Shown here piece by piece: positions 45,914 to 56,565 of a DNA stretch of 64,000 nt. The notes under the pieces were generated by a model, which was not told where the DNA came from, did no database searches, and saw only the letters and a list, made by a program, of their open reading frames with translations. This DNA is from an uncultured virus (IMG/VR IMGVR_UViG_3300032322_002907) (lineage: Duplodnaviria; Heunggongvirae; Uroviricota; Caudoviricetes): IMG/VR virus record IMGVR_UViG_3300032322_002907. One strand, written 5' to 3'. Within the stretch, counting starts at the first letter, position 1. Every line of letters starts with the position of its first letter. A program made the position numbers and the translations under genes.

Positions 45914-47488
45914 TTATTTATTAGTTTCAGGTTGTTCTTTTTCTTGTTGTTGCATTGCAGCGATACCTTGCATTGCCTGCATTTGCTGCAATTCCATCAT
46001 CGGATTGGAGGGTTCTTCGCCAATCTCTTTTTCAATGTTTTCCATTTCATCAGTAGTCAAACGAAGAATATTACGTTTGACAAAAGCTTGACTAAAATAC
46101 ATACCCACGTAAGGTTGAATAGCTTGCAGAAGATCAATACGGTTTCTTAAGTTTTCAGCGTCTTTAATTTCTTCAAAATATTGATCTTGTGCAAAATTAA
46201 AGCGAATCTTTTCCTTAATATCATCCCAATCTGCGTCAACAATAATGCCCTTTAGGATTAGCTGTGTCTTAAGTAAGTCACGAAACAAATCTGCAAACTT
46301 ATTGCGAAGTCGATTTATAAACTTGGCAAATTTTAATTCATCACGTGTAACTTCTGCTTGCCTGCCGAAGGTTAATCCCGATTGTTGTTCTAATCTACTT
46401 AGTGGGACGTTCAATGCTTGATACATTTTCTTTTGAAAATATAAAATATCATCAATCTCACCCAAATTCTCGCCGCCTGGGAGAGTAGAAATTTCAGTCC
46501 CTCTGCTGCCTTCTCGACGAGGTAACCAGAAATCTTCAAGCATTGACATAAATTTTCTATCGTCTCGAACTTCACCTGTGGATGAATCATAAACGATTTT
46601 GTTTCTATATCTTGACATTACATCTTTAAGGTATTGCTCAGCCTTTAGTTTAGGTAAATTGCCAATATCAATGTAAAATATTCTTCTTTCAGGTGCTCTT
46701 GCAAGACGATAGATTACTAAAGCGTCTTCCATCATCTTTAACTGATTGACCGGTTTGATAGCTTTATGTAAATATCCAACAACAATATTTTTATCTAAGT
46801 CAACAAGGCCTGAATGACAATACGCTATTGAATCAAGTGTGATGCGTATTCCACTACCTGTTGTTACAGTTTGACTTGAACTTAAAGCAACGTTGTATTG
46901 AATACCTTTGTCATTATACAAATAATATTCATCGATTGTCTTAATAATATCAATACCGTTAGGTAGCTTTTCTTTCTTTACATCACGAATTTTTTTAATT
47001 TTTCGTGGGTCAATGTATCGTAACTCAACGATACCTTTTTTTCCATTACTAGTGTCTACAATCTTCTGATAATATATTCTTCCATCTACATACCAACGAC
47101 GAAAGATTTCATGTGCTTTCGAATTAAAATCTAACAATGAAAGAATTTCACCAAATTCATTTTCAATTGTTTTTCTAATATTTTCAGAAAGTTGCAGTTC
47201 TTGTAAATCTATCGTTACAGGAGGTTCATCGTCAATGTTTGCAATCGCCTCAGAAACAATGTCTTCAATTGCCATATCACATTCGGCGTAAATTGCCATT
47301 TGACGATAGCGTGTGATAAGCTCTGATTCCGTTTTCGAAGTTGCATCAAGATCAACATATGTACCATAATAACCACCAGCTGAAATAGTGGTTGCCCCGT
47401 CCTCGGCAATCGGGGTAACAAAGTTTTGATTCTTTGCTACTTCTTTGCGAGGACGGGATATTTTAAACCCAAATATATTCAAATCCAT
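45914..47488 (-). CDS. 20: portal protein gp20
   Basis: YLHKAIKPVNQLKMMEDALVIYR.ARAPERRIFYID, EDFWLPRREG. Confidence 0.97.
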   Translation of the reverse strand: MDLNIFGFKISRPRKEVAKNQNFVTPIAEDGATTISAGGYYGTYVDLDATSKTESELITRYRQMAIYAECDMAIEDIVSEAIANIDDEPPVTIDLQELQLSENIRKTIENEFGEILSLLDFNSKAHEIFRRWYVDGRIYYQKIVDTSNGKKGIVELRYIDPRKIKKIRDVKKEKLPNGIDIIKTIDEYYLYNDKGIQYNVALSSSQTVTTGSGIRITLDSIAYCHSGLVDLDKNIVVGYLHKAIKPVNQLKMMEDALVIYRLARAPERRIFYIDIGNLPKLKAEQYLKDVMSRYRNKIVYDSSTGEVRDDRKFMSMLEDFWLPRREGSRGTEISTLPGGENLGEIDDILYFQKKMYQALNVPLSRLEQQSGLTFGRQAEVTRDELKFAKFINRLRNKFADLFRDLLKTQLILKGIIVDADWDDIKEKIRFNFAQDQYFEEIKDAENLRNRIDLLQAIQPYVGMYFSQAFVKRNILRLTTDEMENIEKEIGEEPSNPMMELQQMQAMQGIAAMQQQEKEQPETNK

Positions 47489-47503
47489 ATTTTAACTTTT
47501 TAA

Positions 47504-48028
47504 TTAAATTGCGCCAGAACCCACAACCTCAAATCTCTGATATTGCCAAGTACATGTGAATGAGCTAATTTGGTCGTTAGCATCAAAACTTAAAGGTACC
47601 TCAGAAATATCAGAAGGCCATGCACCAATTAACCTATACTCGCGAGTTGGATTACCTGCTTTATCAAGTTGGCGAACAGTAATGTCGCCAAAATAACCTG
47701 CAGGTGATCCATCTTCATTTGCATTGGGTGTTTTTACTTCAAGATCTTCAATGTAATCATTCATCCAAGATTCAATGTATTCACGCAATTGGAAGCTGGT
47801 GTCATTGATGATTGTTGTTGTCCAAGGTGCAAATACCATATCACCTGCTAATTTAAGCTCACGACCACGATAAAATGCACTTGCGGTACCAAATGTTCTT
47901 CCAGGTAAAGACGCAGCTGTTACAAGAAAATTTGAAATTTGTTCGGCACCTGCAATTTCAACCTCAAAAAGATTAGGCCTTGCACCAGCTTGAAGTGTTT
48001 CTCTGAATTGTTCTATTTCGAACGCCAT
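47504..48028 (-). CDS. 19: tail tube protein gp19
   Basis: GARPNLFEV, LPG, GRELKLAGD, WP. Confidence 0.92.
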   Translation of the reverse strand: MAFEIEQFRETLQAGARPNLFEVEIAGAEQISNFLVTAASLPGRTFGTASAFYRGRELKLAGDMVFAPWTTTIINDTSFQLREYIESWMNDYIEDLEVKTPNANEDGSPAGYFGDITVRQLDKAGNPTREYRLIGAWPSDISEVPLSFDANDQISSFTCTWQYQRFEVVGSGAI

Positions 48029-48039
48029 TTAAGCTCTCC

Positions 48040-49812
48040 TTAAGCTGTTACTTCTGCAAAGTCAATGCCAGTCTTTGTAGCAATGAAGTTCAGAGTAATG
48101 TAGTTGATTGAACGAGCGGGTTTAACATATATATCCGCAATAAACTCATTCCTATCAATTACTTCGCCTGTGTTATTAGTTTCATCGCATACAACCTTGA
48201 AGTCAGTGATACCACGACGACCTTTAACATCACGTAGATAAGGTTCTACGATATTTCTGAACTGAGCACGTGTGAATGCATCATTGAATTCAAACAACTG
48301 TGCTCTTGCCGCTGCTGTAATTGCTTTTTTGAGAACAATAAACAAGCGACGAACATTGATACGGTCAAAGGCGCTTGGCTTAATCTGTAGTGTCTTGTCG
48401 CCAAACAGAATCGTACCGTAGCCAGGTGATGAAATAACAGGGTTTACACCAGCTGAATAGAGAGTGTCACGCTGACCTTTGTTAGGATTGAATGCAAGTT
48501 TTACAACATTACGAATCTGACCTCTGTTTACACCGGCGGGTGAGAACCATGGGTCAGCTGTAAAGTCAGTACGAGCACACAAACCAGCAATGTCACCATT
48601 TAGAGGCAACCAACGATAAACGTCATTGTAACGGTCGTATTGATACTTCCATCCGCTATCCATCACCACATATGAAGATGAAAGATTCGTTAGATCTGTT
48701 TTTCTATAATCAGTTACATTCGTAGCTTTTGTTGAATCAGCAACACTTGGCTGAACATCAGAATATTCAGGTGAAACAAAAATAACCACATCATTACGCT
48801 TACCATCACCTGTTAGCGCATTAATAACAGTAAGAGCGTTTGCACCAGGTAAATCACCCACAGGAACTAAGGAAATATCATAAACTTCATCATTCTCGAG
48901 AAGTGAAAATCCTGTTGCCTTTTCACCTGATGTAGGTGTCGCATCAGCAGCATTTGAAAATGACATAAAACCTGCGTTAACATTTGCGCTAGCGTTATTG
49001 TTTCCTAATGCATCAAATACAACATTATTATTTCCGCCGATGCCTGTGAAAGAAGTTCCCCAATTTAGCGCTGTATTGGCAATACTTACAGGGTGTGATC
49101 TCCATCTGACATATCTTGATTGTTCATTGATAACTGTAGGATAATAGATGCTTCTTCCATCTGCCCCCAAAGCATCACGCGCCTTTGAAAGATATTGAAA
49201 CTTTTCAAGCACAGTATTTTTAGTTCCTGTAATTAATCCATCTTGATCAATTACAGCGATATGCAATTCATCTTTTGCACCTGATGTACCATAAGTTGAA
49301 GCATATGTTGAAACGTTTGGTCTTATATCAAACAATGAAGTAATTGATGATGAAGCATTAGCCCAGGAAGCATTGTCAACGACAGCAACTGCAAGAGAAT
49401 TTCCAATATTACCTGGATATCTAGCAGTCATGAAAATATTTGCGTTACCGGTTAATCCTAAATATGCATCATCATTTAAAATTTTCTCTCCTGCAACCAC
49501 AACAGTTGAATTGCCTGAAATGTTAGAACCCAACGTAGCATTTAGAGCAGTTGAACCCGCTGTTCTAACAACAAACATGCGATTAGCATAGCCAAGGAAG
49601 TTTGCAGCTGTAAAGAAAGAAAGGTAGGTGTTTGCGTCAGGTCTTCCAAACTGGTTTACCAGATCAACTTCGCTTGTAACTAGCGTTGGTTGATCAACAG
49701 GCCCCCATTGAAAATCTCCCGCAAAACCTCCCGCAGATGTTGCAACAGCAGGGACAACTGTAGTTAAGTCCTTTTCTGTTGCTACAATTCCTGGTGAAAG
49801 TTGATAAGGCAT
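48040..49812 (-). CDS. 18: tail sheath protein gp18
   Basis: SPG...E.DLT, PWFSPAG, FDRINVRRLF, KPARSINYI. Confidence 0.96.
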   Translation of the reverse strand: MPYQLSPGIVATEKDLTTVVPAVATSAGGFAGDFQWGPVDQPTLVTSEVDLVNQFGRPDANTYLSFFTAANFLGYANRMFVVRTAGSTALNATLGSNISGNSTVVVAGEKILNDDAYLGLTGNANIFMTARYPGNIGNSLAVAVVDNASWANASSSITSLFDIRPNVSTYASTYGTSGAKDELHIAVIDQDGLITGTKNTVLEKFQYLSKARDALGADGRSIYYPTVINEQSRYVRWRSHPVSIANTALNWGTSFTGIGGNNNVVFDALGNNNASANVNAGFMSFSNAADATPTSGEKATGFSLLENDEVYDISLVPVGDLPGANALTVINALTGDGKRNDVVIFVSPEYSDVQPSVADSTKATNVTDYRKTDLTNLSSSYVVMDSGWKYQYDRYNDVYRWLPLNGDIAGLCARTDFTADPWFSPAGVNRGQIRNVVKLAFNPNKGQRDTLYSAGVNPVISSPGYGTILFGDKTLQIKPSAFDRINVRRLFIVLKKAITAAARAQLFEFNDAFTRAQFRNIVEPYLRDVKGRRGITDFKVVCDETNNTGEVIDRNEFIADIYVKPARSINYITLNFIATKTGIDFAEVTA

Positions 49813-49859
49813 TTGTATCTCCTTGAACGTTATTTATTACAAAGTTTTTATGTTATAAG

Positions 49860-51566
49860 TTATTTATAAAATCGCTCTTTTTCAAGGGGTGTACTGTCAT
49901 ACCAAGATTGTTTCAGCTTATTCATATACTCATCCATACCACCAGTAACCCATAAATCTCCTGACATAACTTCAGCTGAAACTTTTTCAGATACCCCACT
50001 ATTTACAATGCCAAAAGGTGTCAGTTCGTCTTCAATTTGTTTCATTTGATTTTCAAACAATGCATTTCGAAGATTGACGTTAGTCAATTCTCTAAAATAA
50101 GGATCTCTACTTGCCCACGCCAATAGAACAAGTGTCATTACCAAGTCATCGTGATAACCTTCATCTGCAGCGTAAACTCCGCCACGTTTCTCTATGAAAG
50201 TAGACAACTCAGAAATAATATCCTTATCGAAGATCAGTAACTTTTTTGATTCAATCAACGTTTTTAGATTTGAACAACCAATCCGTTTTACCTGTTTGGT
50301 TGTTCTAACACCCAGGAACGATGATCCTTTAAATCCGCTTGTAAGAAACTGACCTTGCTTTGTACTTGAACCAATTCTGAATATATTCTCATATTCAAGA
50401 TCTGAATGAAGTATATCGGCAATTTGTTGCCCAATATCATTTATCTCTACGAGAACATATGCAGAATTAAAATCCTTTGCTACCTTATGTATAATATCTG
50501 GATATAACAAGGGGCTGATTTTATTGTTCTTATATTTACCCACAACCTTATACGGTATTGCTGTAACATCAGTAATTGTGAAAGCTGAAAAATCACCCCC
50601 AACACCTCGAGATGTATCTACTATAATTACATACTGATGATCTTTTATAGGTTCTTCAAGAATATCCAAACCGTCATCTGTTGTAAACACATAAGGCACG
50701 GGTGACATATTTGCTATTACATCACCTGCAATCAATGAAGCGGAAGATCCGATGAATGAACAAAGAACCTCTTGATTGAACTTCAGATCGCCAAGAAGCC
50801 TGCGTTGTTCTTCTGCCCACTTTTCACCTCTATTGGGATGCTCATTATAACGAACACGATAAGAAACAAAACCATTCGCTCCCTGTTCAGCATCATTCCA
50901 AAACTTCCAAAAATGATTATAACCTAACGGTGTAGACGTCAATATAATCTTGGTTGTTGAACCAGCTGAAACAACGGGATAAACGGCAGTGAAGAATTCC
51001 TCAGCGATGTTATTTGGAATAATAGCTGTTTCGTCAACGTAAAGCAAGTTAACAGAACGACCACGGACACCTGACTTACTTGTCGCCGCTGTAAAAACAA
51101 TCGATCCGTTTTCCAATTCAATGTCACCTTTATTCCAAGTGCGAATCCCTTGCTGAAGGAACAACGGGAGATGTTCATACATCAATTGATAACGAAACAT
51201 AATCTCTCGAGCCGCGTTAGCTTTGTTCGCCAGAATCGCGACTGTTTTATTTGCTTGAAACAATGTATACCAAAGAATGTAAGCAGCTACAACTTGCGAC
51301 TTACCCATCTGTCGCGGCTGCATGCTAATAACTTTTCTATTATTTTCAATAATATCGATAAATTTTTTCTGATAATTGTAAAGTTCAAAGTCAACAAGAC
51401 CCAAGTCAAGCGAAACTATTTTACAATACTTTTGAATAAAATAGATGGGATCGCGCGCGCACGTGACAAGTTCTTTTACTTGATCCTGTGAAAACTGAAT
51501 AGGATACCCGACTTGCTTAAGGCGAGTATTTCCATTATAACTATTCTTTAATTTATTAGGAATCAA
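49860..51566 (-). CDS. 17: large terminase gp17
   Basis: RQMGKS, LYVDE, STPLG, HDDLVM. Confidence 0.96.
   Translation of the reverse strand: MIPNKLKNSYNGNTRLKQVGYPIQFSQDQVKELVTCARDPIYFIQKYCKIVSLDLGLVDFELYNYQKKFIDIIENNRKVISMQPRQMGKSQVVAAYILWYTLFQANKTVAILANKANAAREIMFRYQLMYEHLPLFLQQGIRTWNKGDIELENGSIVFTAATSKSGVRGRSVNLLYVDETAIIPNNIAEEFFTAVYPVVSAGSTTKIILTSTPLGYNHFWKFWNDAEQGANGFVSYRVRYNEHPNRGEKWAEEQRRLLGDLKFNQEVLCSFIGSSASLIAGDVIANMSPVPYVFTTDDGLDILEEPIKDHQYVIIVDTSRGVGGDFSAFTITDVTAIPYKVVGKYKNNKISPLLYPDIIHKVAKDFNSAYVLVEINDIGQQIADILHSDLEYENIFRIGSSTKQGQFLTSGFKGSSFLGVRTTKQVKRIGCSNLKTLIESKKLLIFDKDIISELSTFIEKRGGVYAADEGYHDDLVMTLVLLAWASRDPYFRELTNVNLRNALFENQMKQIEDELTPFGIVNSGVSEKVSAEVMSGDLWVTGGMDEYMNKLKQSWYDSTPLEKERFYK
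49861..49868 (-). promoter_or_regulatory. T4-type late promoter of gene 18
   Basis: TATAAATA overlapping terminase stop codon. Confidence 0.7.
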
Positions 51567-51954
51567 TTGTCTTAGTGTCTTGTTGCTTTATCATTCGCAA
51601 CAAGTCCTCCGTAGACCCTGCAAAGACAATGTTGTTTTGTTGTGCTATTTGAGCTGCAGCTGCAGGAGATTCTTTTGGATTATCAAGTTCAAATTTTTGT
51701 TTTTTCAATGTCAAAAGATCCTTAGCAACGTCTGACATTGTTTTCATAATCTGTCCTGCAACCTCATAACTACGAGGATGCTCTGAACTTCTAGCCAAAG
51801 AAATAACATCATCCAAAGCATTCCTACCTTGTGTTATCACCTCTCGCAAGGTATCACGGGCAAGTTCATAATCGTCATCCGACCCAACTTCACGCAAAAT
51901 TTTTTGTGATTCTGTGGGTTGAAGGTTGAACACCTCATTTAGTTTATCACTCAT
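51556..51954 (-). CDS. 16: small terminase gp16
   Basis: DDYELAR, HPRSYEV, NIVFAGSTEDL. Confidence 0.92.
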   Translation of the reverse strand: MSDKLNEVFNLQPTESQKILREVGSDDDYELARDTLREVITQGRNALDDVISLARSSEHPRSYEVAGQIMKTMSDVAKDLLTLKKQKFELDNPKESPAAAAQIAQQNNIVFAGSTEDLLRMIKQQDTKTIDS

Positions 51955-52705
51955 CTAATCCCTCAAATGTTTCTAGAAATATAACTGTATTACCTGCGTA
52001 AACATTTGCGTTTGTGGTAACCTCATAATTCCCTAAACTGTTTGTCAGAGGTTCATTGTTCCAATAGTTGACCTTTGCTGTTCTGATAATACCCTGTTTC
52101 GTCGAAGGACCGTAGAAATTTGTTTTCAATGTAAACGAAAGCGTCCAAATAATTGCTCTTCTTTCTGTAAACTCTCCATCATAACTATCTGAAAAATCAA
52201 TGTTATTAAGTATAACAGGTATATCATGTGTGATACTCAACTCAGGAACAGCTTTAACGGTTAAATTGAAATCGGGGTTGAAATATGGTAGAATTTGTTC
52301 TACTATCTGCAATGCATCATCTGAATTTTTTGAGTAGATATAAAGATTGATTCGAATGTTATAGGGTACAGGTACATATTGTGTTGTTAATGTGTTGTTA
52401 GTTGAATTGACTACGCTATTCTTTTGAACAAAAGACAGCTTTCGTGTCGAGTCATATTCAATGCCTAATAGCTCAAATGACATACGAGGTAAAGTTATTT
52501 GAACATTTCTTTCTTCAGGATTTGGAAGCTGATCTATTCTAGCCAAAAACTTTTGTCGAGGTGCATACGCTAAAGGAACACGTAAGCTCTTATTGACAGA
52601 GCCATTTGCATTTAATCTTTGGATTTCAATGTTATTAAATAAGTTTCCAAAGCCAACAATGCACTTTCTAATTGTTCCCCAATAAAACTTTGCGTTATTT
52701 AACAT
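51947..52705 (-). CDS. 15: tail sheath stabilizer gp15
   Basis: VPLAYAP, LPRMSFE, QIVEQILPYF.P. Confidence 0.93.
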   Translation of the reverse strand: MLNNAKFYWGTIRKCIVGFGNLFNNIEIQRLNANGSVNKSLRVPLAYAPRQKFLARIDQLPNPEERNVQITLPRMSFELLGIEYDSTRKLSFVQKNSVVNSTNNTLTTQYVPVPYNIRINLYIYSKNSDDALQIVEQILPYFNPDFNLTVKAVPELSITHDIPVILNNIDFSDSYDGEFTERRAIIWTLSFTLKTNFYGPSTKQGIIRTAKVNYWNNEPLTNSLGNYEVTTNANVYAGNTVIFLETFEGLDE

Positions 52706-53451
52706 TATCGTGCACTAACCTCACCAAAAGGATTTATATCTGAGAAATCTAAAATATCATCAATATTTGTATCAAAGTCATCGTTTTGTGCATTCTTATC
52801 TGAATTATTAATATCAAAGCTCTCCAAAATCAATTCAGACGGTGCATCAGTTTCAAGTAACAATGCTGTACCATCTTCGAAAGTCAGAGTATATTCGCCT
52901 ATGTTTTGTGTTAAGTCAGCTTCAATCTTATCGATCTCAGAAATTTCAGTATTGATCGTTTCATGACTATACTGATAAAGCTCACACTCGAGTTTGTAAA
53001 CATAGAGTTTACCCACTTGAAAGAAGGGATCTTTTACTTCTACATATTTAATTTCAAAAAATGATTTTGTTAGAGGGAAGTAAAGAAGGTCACCTTCGGC
53101 AGGACGATTAATAAGAACACTTGCTCTTCTTCTTCCTACAACTTCTTCCCAACGTCGTCTTGCAACAATAAAGGTTGCTGTGTCTTGTATCTCAACACCA
53201 AATTTTGATAGAAGATCTGTTCCACCAAATCCCGTAGTGTTTTCAAGATAGGCTTCAATCGCGAAGGCATCATTGTAAGAGTTTGTGGGATCCTCATTCA
53301 GAATCATATCACGATTTCCCGCCTTTCTGGGAATGTAATAACAATCAAAACCATAAATTTTTAAGCATTCAATAATAAGATCTTCATGAAGAAGCGACTC
53401 TGAACGCTTCCCCATCGGTATTCCGCTTTGAAAGTAAAAATTTGTTGCCAT
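52705..53451 (-). CDS. 14: neck protein gp14
   Basis: YYIPR, LSKFG, RPAEGDL.YFP, DFSDINPFG. Confidence 0.93.
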   Translation of the reverse strand: MATNFYFQSGIPMGKRSESLLHEDLIIECLKIYGFDCYYIPRKAGNRDMILNEDPTNSYNDAFAIEAYLENTTGFGGTDLLSKFGVEIQDTATFIVARRRWEEVVGRRRASVLINRPAEGDLLYFPLTKSFFEIKYVEVKDPFFQVGKLYVYKLECELYQYSHETINTEISEIDKIEADLTQNIGEYTLTFEDGTALLLETDAPSELILESFDINNSDKNAQNDDFDTNIDDILDFSDINPFGEVSAR

Positions 53452-53515
53452 TACTTATCTTGTGTATTGTGATTTAATTGACATGGGTGTACAATTGCTT
53501 TGTCAGGAATGATGA

Positions 53516-54475
53516 TTAACCAATAAAGAAGTCAGTAGGTAATTCGAATTTCAATTGCATTTCCTCTTCAATCTTTTGAATCTCATCAATTGCTTCTTCA
53601 AAGATCTTTTGTCCATTCAATGTTACACCGCCAGGTAACTGAACACCTTCAAATTTCTTTAGATTCTCACCCCATTGACGTTTAATCAATGCAGTTGCGT
53701 ATCTCTTAAGAAACATATCATTATAAACATCTGTGTACGTGCTGGGATCAAGTATTCTAAAGGCATTAACAATTAGATAGTCACCTAAACCTGCATCTTT
53801 CTCCCAATCCATATCAACATATAATTTATTCATATGTCGATTGTAACGGAAAGGTTTTTCTCCAACAAGAAGCATGTTAATCATCTGCAGGTGATTCTGA
53901 ATCATTGTGTAATGAATCATGTCTACTGACATGAGATTATACAGATCTTGTACTAACATCTGATAACGAATATCAAATAAGTTAATACCTGATGTTCGAT
54001 TATAGAAAGGTAAAACTTTCTTTATTCCGTATACTGCGTCTGATATGGGAAAGTACCGATTATCGTAAGTTCCTTTTGAGAAGGAAGAAACAACTGCGGT
54101 CGCTCCCGAATCTGCAATTACCGTTTCACCTGCTGTAAAATCAACTTCTTGGGTTGTTTTATAAACTTGAATTACGTTACCAGATAAAGGAGTAGAAACA
54201 ACAGTTGTAAGAACTCCTGATGTTTGACCCGTAATCGTTTCGCCGCCAACAAATGCATTAGCAGTATTCGAAGTTAAAATAAGATTAGAAGAAGTAACCT
54301 GAGCTTTGAGATAAACTTCTTCTACAGCATCGAAATGATATTCACGATAGAATTGTAATGCATCATCGATTCTATCTTCTATCTGGTCATCATCCACGTT
54401 AATTTCAATAACGGGGTGACCTAGTCGACGCAAGCAATAATCGATTAATTCTTGTCTAGATGATACAGAAGCCAT
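53516..54475 (-). CDS. 13: neck protein gp13
   Basis: YCLRRLGHPVIEINV, KRQWGENLKKF.GVQLPGG. Confidence 0.94.
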   Translation of the reverse strand: MASVSSRQELIDYCLRRLGHPVIEINVDDDQIEDRIDDALQFYREYHFDAVEEVYLKAQVTSSNLILTSNTANAFVGGETITGQTSGVLTTVVSTPLSGNVIQVYKTTQEVDFTAGETVIADSGATAVVSSFSKGTYDNRYFPISDAVYGIKKVLPFYNRTSGINLFDIRYQMLVQDLYNLMSVDMIHYTMIQNHLQMINMLLVGEKPFRYNRHMNKLYVDMDWEKDAGLGDYLIVNAFRILDPSTYTDVYNDMFLKRYATALIKRQWGENLKKFEGVQLPGGVTLNGQKIFEEAIDEIQKIEEEMQLKFELPTDFFIG

Positions 54476-54517
54476 AACAGTCCCTATAAGTTTGTGAATA
54501 TTTATAAGGACTGTTAT
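54474..54517 (-). promoter_or_regulatory. late promoter inside an RBS-sequestering hairpin upstream of gene 13
   Basis: TATAAATA at 54499-54506; 16-bp inverted repeat 54474-54489 / 54502-54517. Confidence 0.8.
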
Positions 54518-54520
54518 TTA

Positions 54521-55357
54521 CTACTTCAGACCCATTGTTTTACGTATTTTTGTCGCACTAATTGAGTGTATATTATCATCAAAAACTTCTTGCTCGATCT
54601 TATATCCCACATCTCTACCATAAGTGATATTCACAATATTGGGAACAACAATAACTTCATATTGTCCTTGATAATGGGGGTCTAGGTCTCTGCGAATAAA
54701 GTTTTTAACTTGCTGAATTGCAAAAGGATTACTATCATTCCACCCCTGACAATCACGAATCATAATACAAACTTGACCTGTTTTAGCAAGTGCTCTTTCG
54801 AAAAGAGCACGATGACCTGCATGCCACGGTTGCCAACGACCCAACATTTGAACAGATTCTTTTTGCCAGTCAAACTTTTGTCGACGAATGTTTTGCACGA
54901 TTCTTTCGCCCACATAAGGCACCCACACTTCAGCATTCTGTTCAGTAATGCGAAAATCATAATGCTCTGGTGGAATAAATGCCTTATTTGTGTCATCAAA
55001 TCGACCTTCTGCAATGGTATCAATCCAGATTGTCCAATCTGCTTTAAAGTTGTTTCGCATCTCTACAAGAGGCGCTACAAAATCGCAAATTACATATTCT
55101 TCATTGCAAGAAAGTGCGAATTCCAGCATTCTGATTGATTGACGAATTCTTCCTTCAGTACTGAAATCCCAATCATTATACTTTCTTCGCACTTCGTCAG
55201 CATTAAACCATTTTACTCGAGCGTTAAGATTTTGAAAGGGAGTATCAGGGGCAGATGATAGATCCCGTTTTCCGTGTGTCTCAAGATAGGTTTTTAATCT
55301 TTCTGCAAAGTATGTCTTTCCTGCTCCAGGAAGACCCATAATAAGAATTTTCTGCAT
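54521..55357 (-). CDS. adenylylsulfate kinase-like domain fused to HxGH nucleotidyltransferase
   Basis: GLPGAGKT...NADEVR...DFSTEGRIRQ; GRWQPWHAGH...ISATKIR. Confidence 0.8.
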   Translation of the reverse strand: MQKILIMGLPGAGKTYFAERLKTYLETHGKRDLSSAPDTPFQNLNARVKWFNADEVRRKYNDWDFSTEGRIRQSIRMLEFALSCNEEYVICDFVAPLVEMRNNFKADWTIWIDTIAEGRFDDTNKAFIPPEHYDFRITEQNAEVWVPYVGERIVQNIRRQKFDWQKESVQMLGRWQPWHAGHRALFERALAKTGQVCIMIRDCQGWNDSNPFAIQQVKNFIRRDLDPHYQGQYEVIVVPNIVNITYGRDVGYKIEQEVFDDNIHSISATKIRKTMGLK

Positions 55358-55358
55358 A

Positions 55359-55622
55359 TTATTCTAAAGCTGCCTTTCCGTCAGTAATTGCTGCTGTAAG
55401 ATCGCTAAGATCGCCACCAAGTTCAACAACTTGTGGGTCAGCCATAACGATTTCTAAGTGAGCAACGTTACGTTCAATGTTTCCGCGACCTTCTGGTGTA
55501 AGTTCCCCACGGTCAGCTTTCTTTTGAATTTCATCATTAACAACCCAAACGCTGTCACGTGCTGCACGTACTGTACCTTCTACTCTTTGCTGTGGTGTTA
55601 GTTCTTGTTCTTGTAAAAGCAT
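55359..55622 (-). CDS. hypothetical protein
   Basis: 87-aa ORF tightly packed in operon. Confidence 0.65.
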   Translation of the reverse strand: MLLQEQELTPQQRVEGTVRAARDSVWVVNDEIQKKADRGELTPEGRGNIERNVAHLEIVMADPQVVELGGDLSDLTAAITDGKAALE

Positions 55623-55623
55623 T

Positions 55624-56559
55624 TTAAGCTCCTATTATGGATGTTGAATCAGATTGCGTTACGATTGGGTCATCGTCAGGGAGAAATTCTTCTTGTGGTA
55701 TTTCATCGTTCATCGTTCGCCAAAATTCTGCGTTCTTGCATTTATTTATAATATTTTCTGATAGTATCTCTGCAGGATTGATACCACGACGACCCAAAGT
55801 TCCACGTACTTCATGCATGTCTGCCATTCCGTAAACTTGAGCATCGTTTTCTTGGTGTATATTTACCACATTTGTAAAGTCATGTTTAAAGTAGTCCTCT
55901 TCAAGAAAATCATAAATCTTTTGCATCGTATCTTCAGGATTATCAAGTAAATCATCATATTCGACAAAGTGTAAAGCCCTTTGTTGACCCTGCATAATAC
56001 ATTGTTTCAATCCCTCATAACTTTGACCTAAAATACCCATTGGACTTGCCATTAGTTCACATCGATTGTCATCAGTCAGCGGAAGATTCGATTTGACAAG
56101 CATTTCGTCAAGAAAATTAAGTTTTACGCTGTCAACTTTTTGAAGATTTCTTCTTTGCATAGCAATAAACGATGCAAGAATTTCATCTATACTTCTTACG
56201 GGACAAATAACTTTTGGTTGAATTCCAAAGTAACCTGTAATGTAGTGTAAGCGATTAACCCATGATCTGTTTTTATCGATAATTACAGGTTTGTCAACAT
56301 CCATATAAAATTGTGGCAGAATGCTTGCAATCATTTGTGCGCCAATTTGTGGTTTTGGATAAGCTAGAAATAACTCATCTTGTGATAAAGATGTTTCAAG
56401 GGCAAGCATCGTGGGCACTACGGGCGAGCTAGGACCTGAATGAATGCGAGGATTTTGATTTAAAATGGCAGATAATAGTGTGCTACCTGCTCGAGGTAGA
56501 CCTGCCATAAAGTAATATGTTTTCGGTTCAATTTGTTTTGATGTTTCATTAGCCATCAT
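55624..56559 (-). CDS. sulfotransferase
   Basis: GLPRAGSTLL 5'-PSB loop, R...ILAS, VEYDDLLDNP. Confidence 0.85.
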   Translation of the reverse strand: MMANETSKQIEPKTYYFMAGLPRAGSTLLSAILNQNPRIHSGPSSPVVPTMLALETSLSQDELFLAYPKPQIGAQMIASILPQFYMDVDKPVIIDKNRSWVNRLHYITGYFGIQPKVICPVRSIDEILASFIAMQRRNLQKVDSVKLNFLDEMLVKSNLPLTDDNRCELMASPMGILGQSYEGLKQCIMQGQQRALHFVEYDDLLDNPEDTMQKIYDFLEEDYFKHDFTNVVNIHQENDAQVYGMADMHEVRGTLGRRGINPAEILSENIINKCKNAEFWRTMNDEIPQEEFLPDDDPIVTQSDSTSIIGA

Positions 56560-56565
56560 AATCTC

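Noticed and set aside
28500..51566. Introns, inteins or homing endonucleases in core genes (46, uvsW, 23, 20, 17)
   Set aside because: ORFs are continuous and of usual length, with no splicing or endonuclease motifs seen.
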